From NCBI GenBank assembly GCA_963725095.1, contig CAVRXJ010000022.1:135856-199855 (forward strand): a DNA stretch of 64,000 nt, given 5' to 3'. The notes below the pieces were generated by a model, which was not told where the DNA came from, did no database searches, and saw nothing but the letters and a program-made list of their open reading frames with translations. The translations under genes were made by a program, and so were the position numbers. This document shows positions 46,945 to 58,364 of this stretch, piece by piece; the stretch's first letter is position 1, and every line of letters starts with the position of its first letter. Source of the DNA: an uncultured Acidobacteriota bacterium (GTDB taxonomy: Bacteria > Acidobacteriota > Thermoanaerobaculia > UBA5066 > Gp7-AA6).

Positions 46945-47813
46945 CCCTTTCGCTTCCGTCCGGTTTTTCCTTCGATGCGGTCGTGCGATCGCACGGCTGG
47001 TACGACCTGCCCCCGTTCTCCTACGACCTCGTCGGCGGGAACGCTCCGGATGACCGTCGCGGGCCGCACCCGGACGAAGACCGCGGAAGTCACCTTCCGG
47101 TCGTCCGGCGGACGGTTGACCGCGTCCGGAGGAGGATCTCTCGCCGGCGGCCCTCCGGCGCCTGGCGTCGCGGGTCTTCTCTCTCGACGTGGACCTGGCG
47201 GCGTTTGCGGGAGCGGTCGACGATCCCGCCCTGTCGCGCGCCCTCGCCCGCGGCGGCGGCCGGATGCTGCGCGCCGCGACCCTCTTCGAGGACGCCGTGA
47301 AGATGCTCCTGACCACCAATTGCTCGTGGGCCGCGACGCGCGGCATGGTGGAGCGGCTCATCGCTCTCGCGGGCGCAGGGGGCGGCGCTTTCCCTTCGCC
47401 CGAATCGGTCGCCGGCCTGACGGCGCGGCGCCTGCGCGAGCGCGTGCGCTGCGGCTACCGGGCGGAGGCCCTGCGCCTCTTTGCCCGGCGCGTGGCCTCG
47501 GGACGCGATCGACCTCTCGGCTTGGGAGGACCGGTCGCGGCCCGCAGAAGACATTCGCGGCGAGATCGTTTCCGAACGCGGCTTCGGTCCGTACGCCGCG
47601 GAAGGGCTCCTGCGAATCCTCGGGCGCCACGATTTTCTGGCGCTCGATTCCTGGACGCGCCAGAAGTACCGCCGTCTCTACCCGGGTCCGGCCCGGTCGA
47701 CCGACCGCGCGATCGCCCGACGCTACGGTGGCTACGGCTCGCTGCGCGGCCTCGCGATGTGGCTCGACCTGACGCGGGACTGGCACGAGGGCGAAGAGAA
47801 ATTGTGGCCGTGA
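46945..47813 (+). CDS. HhH-GPD superfamily DNA glycosylase-like protein, at least 3 frameshifts; start uncertain
   Basis: SFDAVVRSHGWYDLPPF (N-terminal), LFEDAVKMLLTTNCSWAATRGMVERL, FPSPESVAGL, and the hairpin-helix-hairpin region IVSERGFGPYAAEGLLRILG. Pieces in ORFs 46104 (tail), 46975, 47189 and 47481. Confidence 0.65.
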
Positions 47814-47887
47814 GAGCGCCCCGCCACAGCCTGTCGCCCCCTTACGCCTGATTCGCGCCCCTAATTTTTTTAGGCAAACGCTTTCCC

Positions 47888-47917
47888 TTGACTAACAAAC
47901 CACGGCGCTCCTAACAT
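47888..47917 (+). promoter_or_regulatory. Putative dcw-cluster promoter (TTGACT-N18-TAACAT) with upstream A/T tract
   Basis: cccTTGACTaacaaaccacggcgctccTAACATcc. The A/T tract ctaattttttta at 47861-47873 could act as an UP element. ~75 nt upstream of the mraZ ATG. Confidence 0.4.
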
Positions 47918-47925
47918 CCCCCGCA

Positions 47926-47960
47926 GTGGTCTAATCTGGAAAAAAGTGGGGGAAAGTGGT
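47926..47960 (+). promoter_or_regulatory. Putative MraZ operator: four GTGG[GT]/TGGA boxes in 10-bp register
   Basis: GTGGT (47926), cTGGA (47936), GTGGG (47946), GTGGT (47956). Exact 10-nt phasing between the predicted -10 and the mraZ start, analogous to the GTGGG direct repeats bound by E. coli MraZ. Confidence 0.45.
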
Positions 47961-47992
47961 CCTGATCTCCGTATCGGGACACAGGAAGAAGG

Positions 47993-48439
47993 ATGGATCG
48001 CTTTCGAGGGAGCGCGCCGGCCCGTCTCGACGAGAAGGGCCGACTGAAGGTGCCGAATCTCTTCCGGCAGCAGATCGAAGAGGCCTTCGGGCCGGAGCTC
48101 TTCGTGACTTCGCTGCACGGGCGCGAGGTCCTCGTCTATCCGCTTTCGATCTGGCAGGCGCTGGAAGAGAAGCTCGCCGCGCTGCCGGCGATCCACCGCG
48201 CCAAGCGCAAGTTCTTGGAGCGGGTCAACTACTACGGCCAGGGCGGGGCGATGGACGGCCAGGGGCGCGTCCTGATCCCGCAGATCCTGCGCGACGCGGC
48301 CCGGCTGCCCGCCGACGTCGTGGTCACGGGAAACATCGATCACCTGGTCGTTTCCGACCGCGGCGCGCTGTCGACGCGCCTGGCCGGCGAGGACTTCACG
48401 CCCGAGGACTACGACGAGCTGTCGAAGCTGCTGTCGTGA
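47993..48439 (+). CDS. mraZ: Transcriptional regulator MraZ
   Basis: Intact 148 aa. Two SpoVT/AbrB-like halves (DEKGRLKVP... and DGQGRVLIPQILR). Confidence 0.95.
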   Translation: MDRFRGSAPARLDEKGRLKVPNLFRQQIEEAFGPELFVTSLHGREVLVYPLSIWQALEEKLAALPAIHRAKRKFLERVNYYGQGGAMDGQGRVLIPQILRDAARLPADVVVTGNIDHLVVSDRGALSTRLAGEDFTPEDYDELSKLLS

Positions 48440-49452
48440 GCGAAGCGACGCGCGTCGACCGCCCGGAGTCGACAGGGGGAAGGGGAGACGGACGAGCTTG
48501 AGAAGCCCGCGCACACGCCGGTTCTTCTTCGGGAAGTCGTGGAAGGGCTGCGTCCGGAGCGCGGGGGCTTCTTCGTCGACGCGACGCTCGGCGCCGGCGG
48601 CCACGCGCAGGCGCTGCTCGAACACGGCCCCGGGCTGCGGCTGCTCGGGATCGACCGCGATCCCGACGCGCTCGCGCCTCGCGCGACGGCGCCTCGCGCC
48701 GTTCGGCTCCGCGCGTGGAGTTTCTGGAAGGCGATTTCTCCGAGCTCGACGCGTTGCTCGCGGGCCGCCCGGCGCCCGACGGGATCCTCGCCGATCTCGG
48801 CGTTTCTTCGATGCAGCTCGAGACCCCGGCGCGCGGATTCTCCTTCCGCCGGGACGGGCCGCTGGACATGCGCATGGGCCGAAGTGGCCGCAGCGCCGCG
48901 GAAATCGTCGCGGCGTCTTCGGTCGAGGAATTGACGCGGATTTTCCGCGAATACGGGGAGGAACGGATGGCGGCAAAGATCGCGCGCGGGATCGTGTCGG
49001 AGCGGGCGCGGGGGCCCATCACGACGACTCGGCAGCTGGCCCGTATCGTGGCGAGCGCGAAGGGATCGCGCGAGAGGATCGATCCGGCCACCCGGGTGTT
49101 CCAGGCGCTGCGCATCGAGGTCAACCAGGAGCTGGTGGCCCTCTCCCGTTTCCTCGCCGCGGCCGTCAACCGCGCCAACGCGCGCGGGCGCCTCGCCGTC
49201 ATTTCCTATCACTCCCTGGAGGACCGGCTCGTCAAGGAGACCTTCCGGCGCGAGTCGGGGATGTGCCTCTGCCCGCCGCGCATCCCGCGCTGCGTCTGCG
49301 GGACACGCACGCTGCTGCGCGTGCTGACGCGCCGGCCCCTCTGCCCGTCGGAAGCGGAGCGCCAGGCGAACCCCCGATCCCGCAGCGCGCGCCTGCGCAT
49401 CGCCGAGAAGCTCGAAGAGCCGACGGCGGTGTTCGAGAGCGCCGAAGTCTGA
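48436..49452 (+). CDS. rsmH: 16S rRNA (cytosine1402-N4)-methyltransferase RsmH, two frameshifts (near 48475 and 48690)
   Basis: GTGA overlap with the mraZ stop. [75 protein letters not shown]. Confidence 0.9.
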
Positions 49453-49485
49453 GACGCGACGGCCGATGGAGCTGAGAACGTCCTC

Positions 49486-49852
49486 ATGAGCACCGCCGCC
49501 TACGCGCAGGGAAAGCGCGTCGAGAACTTCCACCTGACGCGGGAGCGGGACCGCCGCCGCGGGCGCGAGCTCGCGACCTTCCTCCTCGTCGGGCCTGCCC
49601 GTCGCCTGCGCGCTGCTGGTCTACGCGGCGCTGCACATCGAGACGGTGCGCGTCGGGTACGCGCGCGAGGCCCGCGTGCGGCGTGTCGTCGAGCTCGACG
49701 AGCAGAACCGGAAGCTGCGCGCCGACCTGGCGCGCGCCTCATCGCCGGAGCGCGTCGCCGCGCTGGCGGCCCGAAAGAAGCTCCATCCGCCGGTGCCCGG
49801 GCAGATCCAGTACGTCGAGGCGGCGCGGCCCGAAGGGACGCCGCGCCCGTGA
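49486..49852 (+). CDS. ftsL: Cell division protein FtsL-like, one frameshift near 49590
   Basis: Position between rsmH and ftsI. Single TM (LATFLLVGLPVACALLVYAALHI across two frames), then coiled-coil RVVELDEQNRKLRADLARASSPERVAALA. Confidence 0.6.
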
Positions 49853-51883
49853 ACGCGCTCTCGACGGGGCGGGCGCGCTGGTTCGGCCTGCTGCTCCTGC
49901 TCTGGGGCGGCGCCGTGGTCGGCCGGCTCCTCCAGGTCCAGGTCGCGCAGGGCTCGAAGTACCGGGCGCGCGCACAGCGGCAGCAGGAGCGGCGCGTCGA
50001 GGTGTCGCCGCGGCGCGGTTCCATCCTCGACCGCAGCGGCCGGGAGCTCGCGGTCTCCGTCGAGTGCTCCTCGATCTACGCGATTCCCGACGAGGTGGAA
50101 CGGCCGGCCGCGGTGGCCCGGGCGCTCGCGGGCCTGCTCGAGACGACGCCGGGCGAGCTGACCGAGCGCCTGTCCCGCGACGTGGGGTTCGTGTGGCTCC
50201 GGCGCAAGGTCGATCCGGCCGTCGCCGAACGGGTGAGTCAGATGAAGCTCCCCGGGATCCACTTCGCGACGGAAAGCCGCCGCTCCTACCCGAAGGGTGC
50301 CGCTCGCGGCGCCGCTTCTGGGCTACGTCGGCACGGACGACCGCGGCCTCGGGGGGCTCGAATACTTCTACGACCGCACGATCCGCGGCAAGCCCGGCGA
50401 GATCGTCGCCCTGAGGGACGCGCGGCGGTCGACCTACGGAGAAGCCGAGGCTCCCGGACGGCCGCCGGAGGAAGGCGCCACGCTCGAGCTGTCGATCGAC
50501 TCGGGCGTCCAGTTCGCCGTCGAGCGCGAGCTCGCGGTCGCCGTGGCCGAGGCGGGCGCCCGGTCGGGGACGGCGGTGCTGCTCGATCCCTGGTCGGGCG
50601 AGATCGTCGCGATGGCGAGCGTTCCGAGCTTCGATCCGAACCGCTTCAACCGCTTCCCGGCCGAGTCGCGGCGCAACCGCGCCATCGCCGACGCCTACGA
50701 GCCCGGATCGACCTTCAAGATCGTGACCGGCTCGCTCGCGCTCGAGCAGAAGGTCGTCTCCTTGAACGAGTGGATCGACACCTCCAACGGAGCGATCCGG
50801 GTCGCCGGGACGACGATCTCCGAGCACGATGGGAACCGCTTCGGGTCCTTGACGCTCGCCGGCATCTTCGAGCACTCCTCCAACGTCGGGCATCATCCGG
50901 GTGGGGATGCGCGTCGGGCCGCAGCGGCTCTTCGAGGGCGCGAGCGCCTTCGGCGTCGGACGCACCACGGGCGTGGACCTGCCGGGGGAGAACCTCGGCC
51001 TCTTCCGGCCGCTGCCGCGCTGGTCGGCGCTCTCGTGCGCCTCGATCTCGATGGGCCAGGAGGTCTCGGTCACGGCGCTGCAGCTGGCGCGGATCGTGGC
51101 CGTCGTGGCCAACGGCGGGCATCTCGTCTCGCCGCACGTCGTGCGCCGGATCATCCTGCCGGACGGGCGCGTCGAGTCCCTCGCGCCGCCGCCGGCCGTG
51201 CGCGTCCTTTCCGCCGAGACGGCCGCGGAGCTCGGCCGCATCCTCGTCGGCGTCGTGGAGCGGGGCACGGGAACCCGCGCGTCGATTCCGGGGTTCACGG
51301 TCGCGGGCAAGACCGGGACCGCGCAGAAGGCCGGGCCCGGCGGTTACCAGCCCGGCCGCTACGTTCCCAACTTCGTCGGCTTCGTGCCGGCGGAGTCTCC
51401 GCGCCTGGTCGGCGTCGTCGTCATGGAAGAGCCGCACGGGAAGTACTACGCGGGAGAAGTCGTCGCTCCCGTGTTTTCGCGAATTGTCTCCCAGGCCCTC
51501 TCGATCCTCCGGATTGCGCCCGAGGAGCAGCGAGTGCCCGCCACGGTGCTCGCCGCCTCCTCGGGCCCTTTTTCCCCGCCGGCGTCGTCCCGGCCTCCTC
51601 CCGGCGGGTGAGCGGGATCGAGCGCCTGGAGTCCGCGCCTGCCTCGGACGGGATTCCCGACGCGACGGGGCTCTCGGCGCGGCAGGCCCTTGCGCTCTTC
51701 GCGCGCCGGGGGATCCCCGTGCGCCTGGAAGGCACCGGCTTCGTTGCCGAGCAGCACCCGCCGGCCGGCGCCGCCTGGAAGCCGGGAGCCGTCGTGATCC
51801 TCTCGCTCTCGGAAGACGCCGCGGCGGTCTCCCGATCCGGCCGCGCGCGCGAGGAGACGCCCTCCGCGACACCCGGGCCGTGA
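49849..51883 (+). CDS. ftsI: Peptidoglycan D,D-transpeptidase FtsI (class B PBP) with C-terminal PASTA domain, three frameshifts (near 50300, 50893, 51600)
   Basis: GTGA overlap with ftsL. TM WFGLLLLLWGGAVVG, dimerisation domain RGSILDRSGRELA, active-site STFK (GSTFKIV), SSN (HSSNVG), KTGT (AGKTGTAQ). Tail IPDATGLSARQALALFARRGIPVRLEGTGFVAEQHPPAG is a PASTA pattern. Confidence 0.9.
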
Positions 51884-53346
51884 GGCTCGTGGAATTGCTT
51901 TCGGCCCTGCCGGGAGCCGACCCCGCCCCCCCGGCGCCGACCCGGAGATCCGGCGCGTGGCCCACGACTCCCGGCGTGTGGAGCCGGGAGACCTCTTCGT
52001 CGCGATTCGCGGCGAGAAGGTCGACGGCCTCTCCCACGTGCCGGAGGCGATCGCGCCGCGGCGCCGCGGCGGTCGTCGCGGAGCCGGCGGCGCCCGGGCC
52101 GCTGCCCGTGCCGTGGGTCCGCGTGCCGCAGGCGCGCCGGGCGCTGGGGCTGCTCGCGGCGCGGCTGGCGGGCAATCCCGCGGAACGGCTCGTGCTCGCC
52201 GGCGTGACGGGGACCAACGGCAAGACGACGACGGCGGCGCTCCTGCAGGCCGCTGCTCGAGCGGCGCTTCGGCGACGCCGGTTTCCTCGGGACGATCGGC
52301 TACCGCGTGGGCCGCCGCGAGCTGCCGGCGGACCGCACGACCCCCGACGCGGCCCTCCTCCAGGAGCTCCTGGCGGAAATGGTCCGCGAAGGCGTCCCCG
52401 CCGCGTCGATGGAAGTCTCCTCCCACGCCCTGGCGCTCGACCGGGTCGAGGGGTGCCGCTTCGATCTGACGGTCTTCACGAATCTGACGCGCGATCACCT
52501 CGACTTCCACCGCGACATGGAGGGCTACGGCGCGGCCAAGCGCCGGCTCTTCGACCTGCGAAAGCCCGGAGCGCCGGCGGTCGTCAACGTCGCGGATCCC
52601 TTCGGCCGCCGTCTGGCCGGGCAGGTCGGCGGCCGCGTCGTCACGTACGGCCCCGCCGGCGAGGCGGCGGATCTGCGCGCCGAATCGGTCGTCTGCGATC
52701 TCTCCGGCGTCTCCTTCGACGCGGTCTCGGCGGCCGGACGCCTTCCCGTGCGCTCGCCCCTGCTCGGCCGGTTCAACGTCGACAACCTGCTCGCGGCCGC
52801 GGCCGGCGGCCTCGCCCTGGGCATCGCGGCCGACGAGGTCGCGGCGGCCCTCGTCCTCCGTCCGCACCGTGCCGGGCCGGCTCGAGCGGGTGGAGGCGGG
52901 GCAGTCCTACGCGATCCTCGTCGACTACGCGCACACGCCGGACGCGCTCGAGCGGCTGCTCGCGGCCGTGCGCGAGCTGACCGACCGGAAGATCATCCTC
53001 GTCTTCGGCTGCGGCGGGGACCGCGACCGCGGCAAGCGCGAGCCGATGGGCCGCATCGCCGGGAACGCGCGCCGACATCCCGATCGCGACCTCCGACAAT
53101 CCGCGCTCCGAGGATCCGGAGGCCATCCTTTCGGACGTCGAGCGGGGCCTCGCGGCCTCCGGAGCGACGAAGTACCTGCGCATCGCCGACCGCCGCCAGG
53201 CGATCCGGGCCGCGATCGATCTGGCCAACCCGGGGACCGTGGTCGTCATCGCGGGCAAGGGGCACGAGACGACCCAGATCATCGGCGAGCGCGAGGAGCC
53301 GTTCGACGACCGCGCCATCGCGGCCGAGCTCGCGTCGCGCACATGA
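51880..53346 (+). CDS. murE: UDP-N-acetylmuramoyl-L-alanyl-D-glutamate--2,6-diaminopimelate ligase MurE, about 5 frameshifts
   Basis: GTGA overlap with fts[90 protein letters not shown]. Confidence 0.9.
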
Positions 53347-54727
53347 ACTTCACGCTGTCCGACGTCGCGCGGGCGCTCGGGGTCGCGGCTCCCGGCGGAC
53401 GTGCCGTTGACGGGGGCCGCCGTCGATTCGCGCGCCGTGCGGCCGGGGGATCTGTTCGTGGCCCTGCCGGGAGCGCGGGTCGACGGCCACGACTTCGCGT
53501 CGGAGGCGGTCGGAAAGGGGGCCGCGGCGGTCCTGGCGGAGCGGGCGTTGCCGGGCCTCGAGGGCCGCGTGCCCGTCGTGGTGGTTCCGAACACGGGGGA
53601 TGCGCTCCTGGCGCCTGGCGGCCTGGCTCAAGCGCCGCGCGGGTTTCCGCCTGGCCGCGATCGCCGGCTCGGCCGGCAAGACGACGACCAAGGAGTTCGC
53701 GGCGGCGATCCTGTCCCGGCACTGTCTGGTCGGCAAGACTCCCGGCAACCAGAACAGCGCGATCGGATTCCCGCTGTCGGTCCTGAACCTCTCTCTCGGG
53801 CCGGACTGGATGGTCGGGGAGATGGGGATGAGCGCGCCCGGGCGAGATTTCGCGCCTCTCCCGCCTCTTCGAGCCCGACGTGGCCGCGATCACGCTGATC
53901 GCGCTCGAGCACCTGGAGTTCCTGGGCTCGCTCGACGCGATCGCCCGGGCCAATGCGGAGATCCTGGAGGGCCTGAAGCCCGGCGGGACGTTCGTGGTGA
54001 ATGCCGACGACCCGCGGATCGTCGCGATGGCCGCGGCGCACGCCGGGCGGATCCTTCGGTTCGGGACGGCCGCGGCCGCCGACGTGCGGGTCGAGCAGGT
54101 CGTCGACGGGCGACCGCGGCTCGCGCTTCCGGCTGAAGGCGCCGTCGGGCGAGGCGGCGATCGCGCTGCCTCTTCCCGGGGCGCATCAGGTTGCCAACTT
54201 CCTCGCGGCGAGCGCCGTCGCCCTCGCGGCCGGCGCCTCGGTGGAAAACTGCGCCGAAGCGGCGGGCAAGCTCGCGCCGGCGGCGCACCGCGGCGAGTCG
54301 CGGCGGCACGCCTCGGGGGCGCTGCTCTACGACGACGCGTACAACGCGAGCCCGCCGTCCATGCGGGCGGCGCTCGACACCCTGAAGCTGCTTCCCGGCA
54401 AGCGCAAGATCGCCGTCCTGGGCGACATGCGCGAGCTCGGCCCCGAGTCGGAATGGTGGCACCGGGAGACCGGCCGCTACGTGCTGGGCCGCGCCGATCG
54501 GCTCATCTGCGTCGGTCCCCTCGGACGCTTCCTCGCCGACGGCGCCATCGAGGCCGGTTTCCCGCGTCTCGGAAGTCCGGACCCTCGACACGCCGGAGCA
54601 TGCCGCCAACCTGCTCAACTCCATGCTGGACGCGGGCGACACCGTCCTCTTCAAGGCTTCGCGGGGCGTCGGGCTCGAGCGCGCGGTCGGCCTGCTCGCC
54701 CGCCCTCTCACGGAGGCCGGCAAGTGA
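53343..54727 (+). CDS. murF: UDP-N-acetylmuramoyl-tripeptide--D-alanyl-D-alanine ligase MurF, about 5 frameshifts
   Basis: ATGA overlap with mur[107 protein letters not shown]. Confidence 0.9.
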
Positions 54728-54757
54728 CGCCGACGCCGGAGCGGCAGCGAGAGGCTG

Positions 54758-55844
54758 ATGCTGTACTACTGGCTCTACCCGCTCGCCAGGCATTACCCGC
54801 TCTTCAACGTCTTTCGGTACATCACGTTCCGGACGGCGATGGCGGCGGTCACGGCGCTGCTGCTCCTGCTCGTGCTCGGCCCGTCGATGATCCGGATGTT
54901 GAAGCGCCGCCAGATCGGCCAGTCGATCCGGGAGGAAGGGCCGCAGTCGCACCGGGCCAAGGCGGGCACTCCCACGATGGGCGGCCTCCTGATCCTGCTG
55001 GCGATCACCGTGGCCACGCTTCTGTGGATGGACCTCTCGAACCGCTTCGTGTGGATCGCGCTCGGCACGCTGCTCGCCCTGGGCGCCGTCGGCTTCGCCG
55101 ACGACTACACGAAGGTGGCGCGCAAGCGCAGCCTCGGGCTGACCGGACGGGGCAAGCTGCTGCCGCAGTTCCTCGTCGCCTTCGCCGCGGCATGGGCGAT
55201 CGAGCAGTGGGCGACGCACGGCGCCTTCTCGACCGTCCTGACCTTCCCGTTCCTGAAGAAGTTCCTGCTCGATCTCGGTCTGCTGTACGTTCCTTTCGTG
55301 GCGGTCGCTGCTCGTGGGCTCCTCGAACGCCGTGAACCTGACCGACGGGCTCGACGGGCTCGCCATCGGCGCCGTCGGGATCGCGGCCGGCACCTACGGG
55401 GTGCTCGCCTACGTCACGGGAAACGCGGTCGCGGCGCGCTACCTGCAGATCCTGTTCGTCCCTCCGTCCGGCGAGCTTGCGGTCTTCTGCGGGGCGATCG
55501 TGGGCGCGTCGCTCGGCTTTCTCTGGTTCAACTGCCATCCGGCCGACGTCTTCATGGGCGACGTGGGATCGCTCCCGCTCGGCGGCGCGATCGCGGCGGT
55601 CGCCGTGATGACCAAGCAGGAGATGCTCCTGGCGATCGTGGGCGGCCTCTTCCTGATGGAGGCGCTCTCGGTGATCATCCAGGTCGTGTCCTTCAAGACG
55701 ACGGGACGGCGCGTGTTCCGCATGGCGCCGCTCCACCACCATTTCGAGCTCGCGGGCTGGGCCGAGTCGCGCGTGATCATCCGCTTCTGGATCCTGGCGC
55801 TCTTCTTCGCGGTCGCGGCCCTGTCGACGCTGAAGCTGCGATGA
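54758..55844 (+). CDS. mraY: Phospho-N-acetylmuramoyl-pentapeptide transferase MraY, one frameshift near 55300
   Basis: [33 protein letters not shown], then +1 frame [33 protein letters not shown]. Confidence 0.95.
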
Positions 55845-57249
55845 GCGCGCAGACCGGAGAGAGCGGCGCCGCGGATCCTGCCCGAGAAGGTGGCGGTGCT
55901 CGGTTTCGCGCGCAGCGGGCGCGCCCTCGCGATCGCCCTGCGGGACCGGGGAGTGGCGGTGGCGGTCGCCGACGAAAAGTCCGAGAGCGCGTTTCCGGAC
56001 GCCGGCGCCCTGCGCGAGCGGGGCGTCGACGTTCTTTTTCGGCGGTTTTCCCGAGGCGCTGCTCGACGGCGCCGGCTGGCTCGCCGTTTCACCGGGCGTT
56101 CCGCTGACGGCGCCCGTGGTCGCCGCGGCGCGGGCGCGCGGAATTCCGGTCCTGGCCGAGTTCGAGGTGGCCTGGCGCATCGCCGAGAGCGAGTCGGCGG
56201 GCCCGAACCGATGGGTCGCCGTGACCGGCACCAACGGGAAGTCGACGACGACGGCCTGGATCGCGGACGTCCTGCGCCGCGCGGGACGTCCGGTCGCGCT
56301 GGCCGGGAACATCGGGATGCCGCTCTCGGCGTTCCTGTCCGAGCGTGCCGCCCGCGACTTCGTCTGCGAGCTGTCCTCCTTCCAGCTCGAGGCCGTGGAC
56401 CGCTTCGCGCCGCAGGTCGCGGTGCTCACCAACATCACGCCGGACCACCTGGACCGGTACCCGGACCTCGATGCCTACGCGCGCGCCAAGCGGCGCCTCT
56501 TCGAGCGCCAGGACCGGGAGGGATTCTCCGTCGTCAACGCCGACGATCCCCTCGCCGCCGCCTCTCCCACGCCGGCGCGGCGGGTCCCGTTCTCGCGGAC
56601 GGGGCCGGTCGAGGGCGGCGTCTGGGTCGAGGAGGGGATGATCGTCTCGGGGGTGAGCGGCGCTCCCGAGCGCCTGCTGCCTTCCGGCGAGCTCGCGCTC
56701 CCCGGGGCGCACAACCTGGAAAACGCCCTGGCGGTGACGGCCGCCACCGAATGCCTCCAGACTTCCCGCGACGCCCTGCGGGAAGGGCTCACGCGCTTTG
56801 CCGGCCTGCCCCACCGCAGCGAGCTCGTGGCGCAGGCGCGGGGCATCCGCTGGATCAACGACTCGAAGGGGACCAATGTGGACGCCACGCGCAAGTGTCT
56901 GGAGGGCTTCGCGGACGGGACCGTCATCCTGATCCTCGGGGGCCGCGACAAGCACGGCGATTTCGCGTCGCTGTCGGGCAGCGTCGCCCGGGCCGCGCGC
57001 CTCGTGCTGACGATCGGAGAGGCGGCGGAGACGATCGAGCGGGCCCTCGGGGCCGCCGTGCCGTTCGAGCGCGCGGGAACGATGGAGAACGCGGTGCTCC
57101 GGGCCGGAGAGGTCGCGCGGGCGGGAGAGACGGTCCTGCTCTCGCCGGCCTGCGCGTCCTTCGACGCGTACGGCAACTACGAGGAGCGCGGGCATCACTT
57201 TGCGACGCTGGCCCGCGCGGTGGCCGCCAAGACGCCGCGTGAGGAGTAA
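55841..57249 (+). CDS. murD: UDP-N-acetylmuramoylalanine--D-glutamate ligase MurD, two frameshifts (near 55870 and 56045)
   Basis: ATGA overlap with mra[75 protein letters not shown]. Confidence 0.9.
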
Positions 57250-57260
57250 GGCGGAGACCC

Positions 57261-58364
57261 ATGGCCCGTAAGCTCGCGAGCGACAAGATCCTCTTCGTGG
57301 CGCTGGTCGCGTTGTCCCTGTTCGGGTGCGTGATGATCTACAGCGCTTCCGCCGTCTCCGCCGCGCAGACGGCCGGCAGCCCCTACCGTTACCTCTTGAA
57401 GCAGATCGGCGCGCTGGCCGTCGGGGGGCTCGCGGCGTTCGCCGTCTACCGCACCGACTACCACCGGTTCGCCCGCCCGTGGGTCGTCTACGGCGTCTAC
57501 GGGCTGACCTTCCTCCTCTGCGTCGGCGTGCTCTTCCGCCCGCCGATCAACGCCGCCCGGCGGTGGCTCGCGGTCGGGCCGGCGACGCTGCAGCCGTCGG
57601 AGCTGCTCAAGATCGGCCTGGTCCTCGTGCTGGCCTCGCAGGTGGCGGGCAAGGCCGGCAAGCCCGGCGGCGTCGACCGCGCCGTCCTGCCTTCGGCCGT
57701 CCTGACGATCCTCGCCGCGGGTGTGGTGATGCTCGAGCCCGACATGGGGACGGCCGTCTGCTACGTCGTTCTCTGCGCCGTGGTGCTGTGGCTGGCGGGC
57801 GCGCGGGGACGGGTCTTCGCCTTCGGCGCCGCGGCGGCCGTTCCGCTGCTGGCGGTGATCGCCCTTTCGGCGGGCTACCGGAGGGCGCGCCTGTTGTCCT
57901 TCCTGCGTCCCGAAGCCGATCCGCTCGGCGCCGGGTTTCAGGCGCTGCAGTCGCTCATCGCCGTGGGCGCCGGCGGCTGGCTCGGCAACGGGCTCGGCGG
58001 CAGCCGGCAGAAGCTCTTCTTCCTGCCGTACCCGCACACCGATTTCATTTTCGCCATCGTCGGCGAGGAGCTCGGGTTCGTCGGCGCCGCGGCGCTCGTC
58101 GCGGCCTTCGGCGTGATCGCCTGGCGCGGGATGCGGGCCGCGCGGCGCGCCCCCGACGCCTTCGGGGCCTTTCTGGCGGCCGGGGCGACCGCGATGATCG
58201 TCGTGCAGGCCGCCATCAACATGAGCGTCGTTCTCGCCTTGATGCCCACCAAGGGGCTGCCGCTGCCGTTCATTTCCTACGGCGGGTCCTCGCTCGTGGC
58301 CTCCTGGCTCGCCGCGGGGTTGATCCTGAACGTCTCGCAGCACGAGGTGGTGCGCAGTGAGTGA
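57261..58364 (+). CDS. ftsW: SEDS-family peptidoglycan glycosyltransferase FtsW
   Basis: Intact 367 aa, ten hydrophobic segments. LQPSELLK, FLPYPHTDFIFAIVGEELG, GLPLPFISYGGSS. Confidence 0.95.
   Translation: MARKLASDKILFVALVALSLFGCVMIYSASAVSAAQTAGSPYRYLLKQIGALAVGGLAAFAVYRTDYHRFARPWVVYGVYGLTFLLCVGVLFRPPINAARRWLAVGPATLQPSELLKIGLVLVLASQVAGKAGKPGGVDRAVLPSAVLTILAAGVVMLEPDMGTAVCYVVLCAVVLWLAGARGRVFAFGAAAAVPLLAVIALSAGYRRARLLSFLRPEADPLGAGFQALQSLIAVGAGGWLGNGLGGSRQKLFFLPYPHTDFIFAIVGEELGFVGAAALVAAFGVIAWRGMRAARRAPDAFGAFLAAGATAMIVVQAAINMSVVLALMPTKGLPLPFISYGGSSLVASWLAAGLILNVSQHEVVRSE

Noticed and set aside
49486-52980. 1,164-aa plus-strand ORF spanning ftsL to murE
   Set aside because: Chimeric read-through. 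Only short stretches (ftsL N-terminus, ftsI N-terminus, parts of murE) are meaningful in this frame. The rest is out-of-frame Arg/Pro/Gly sequence that lacks stops because of GC content.
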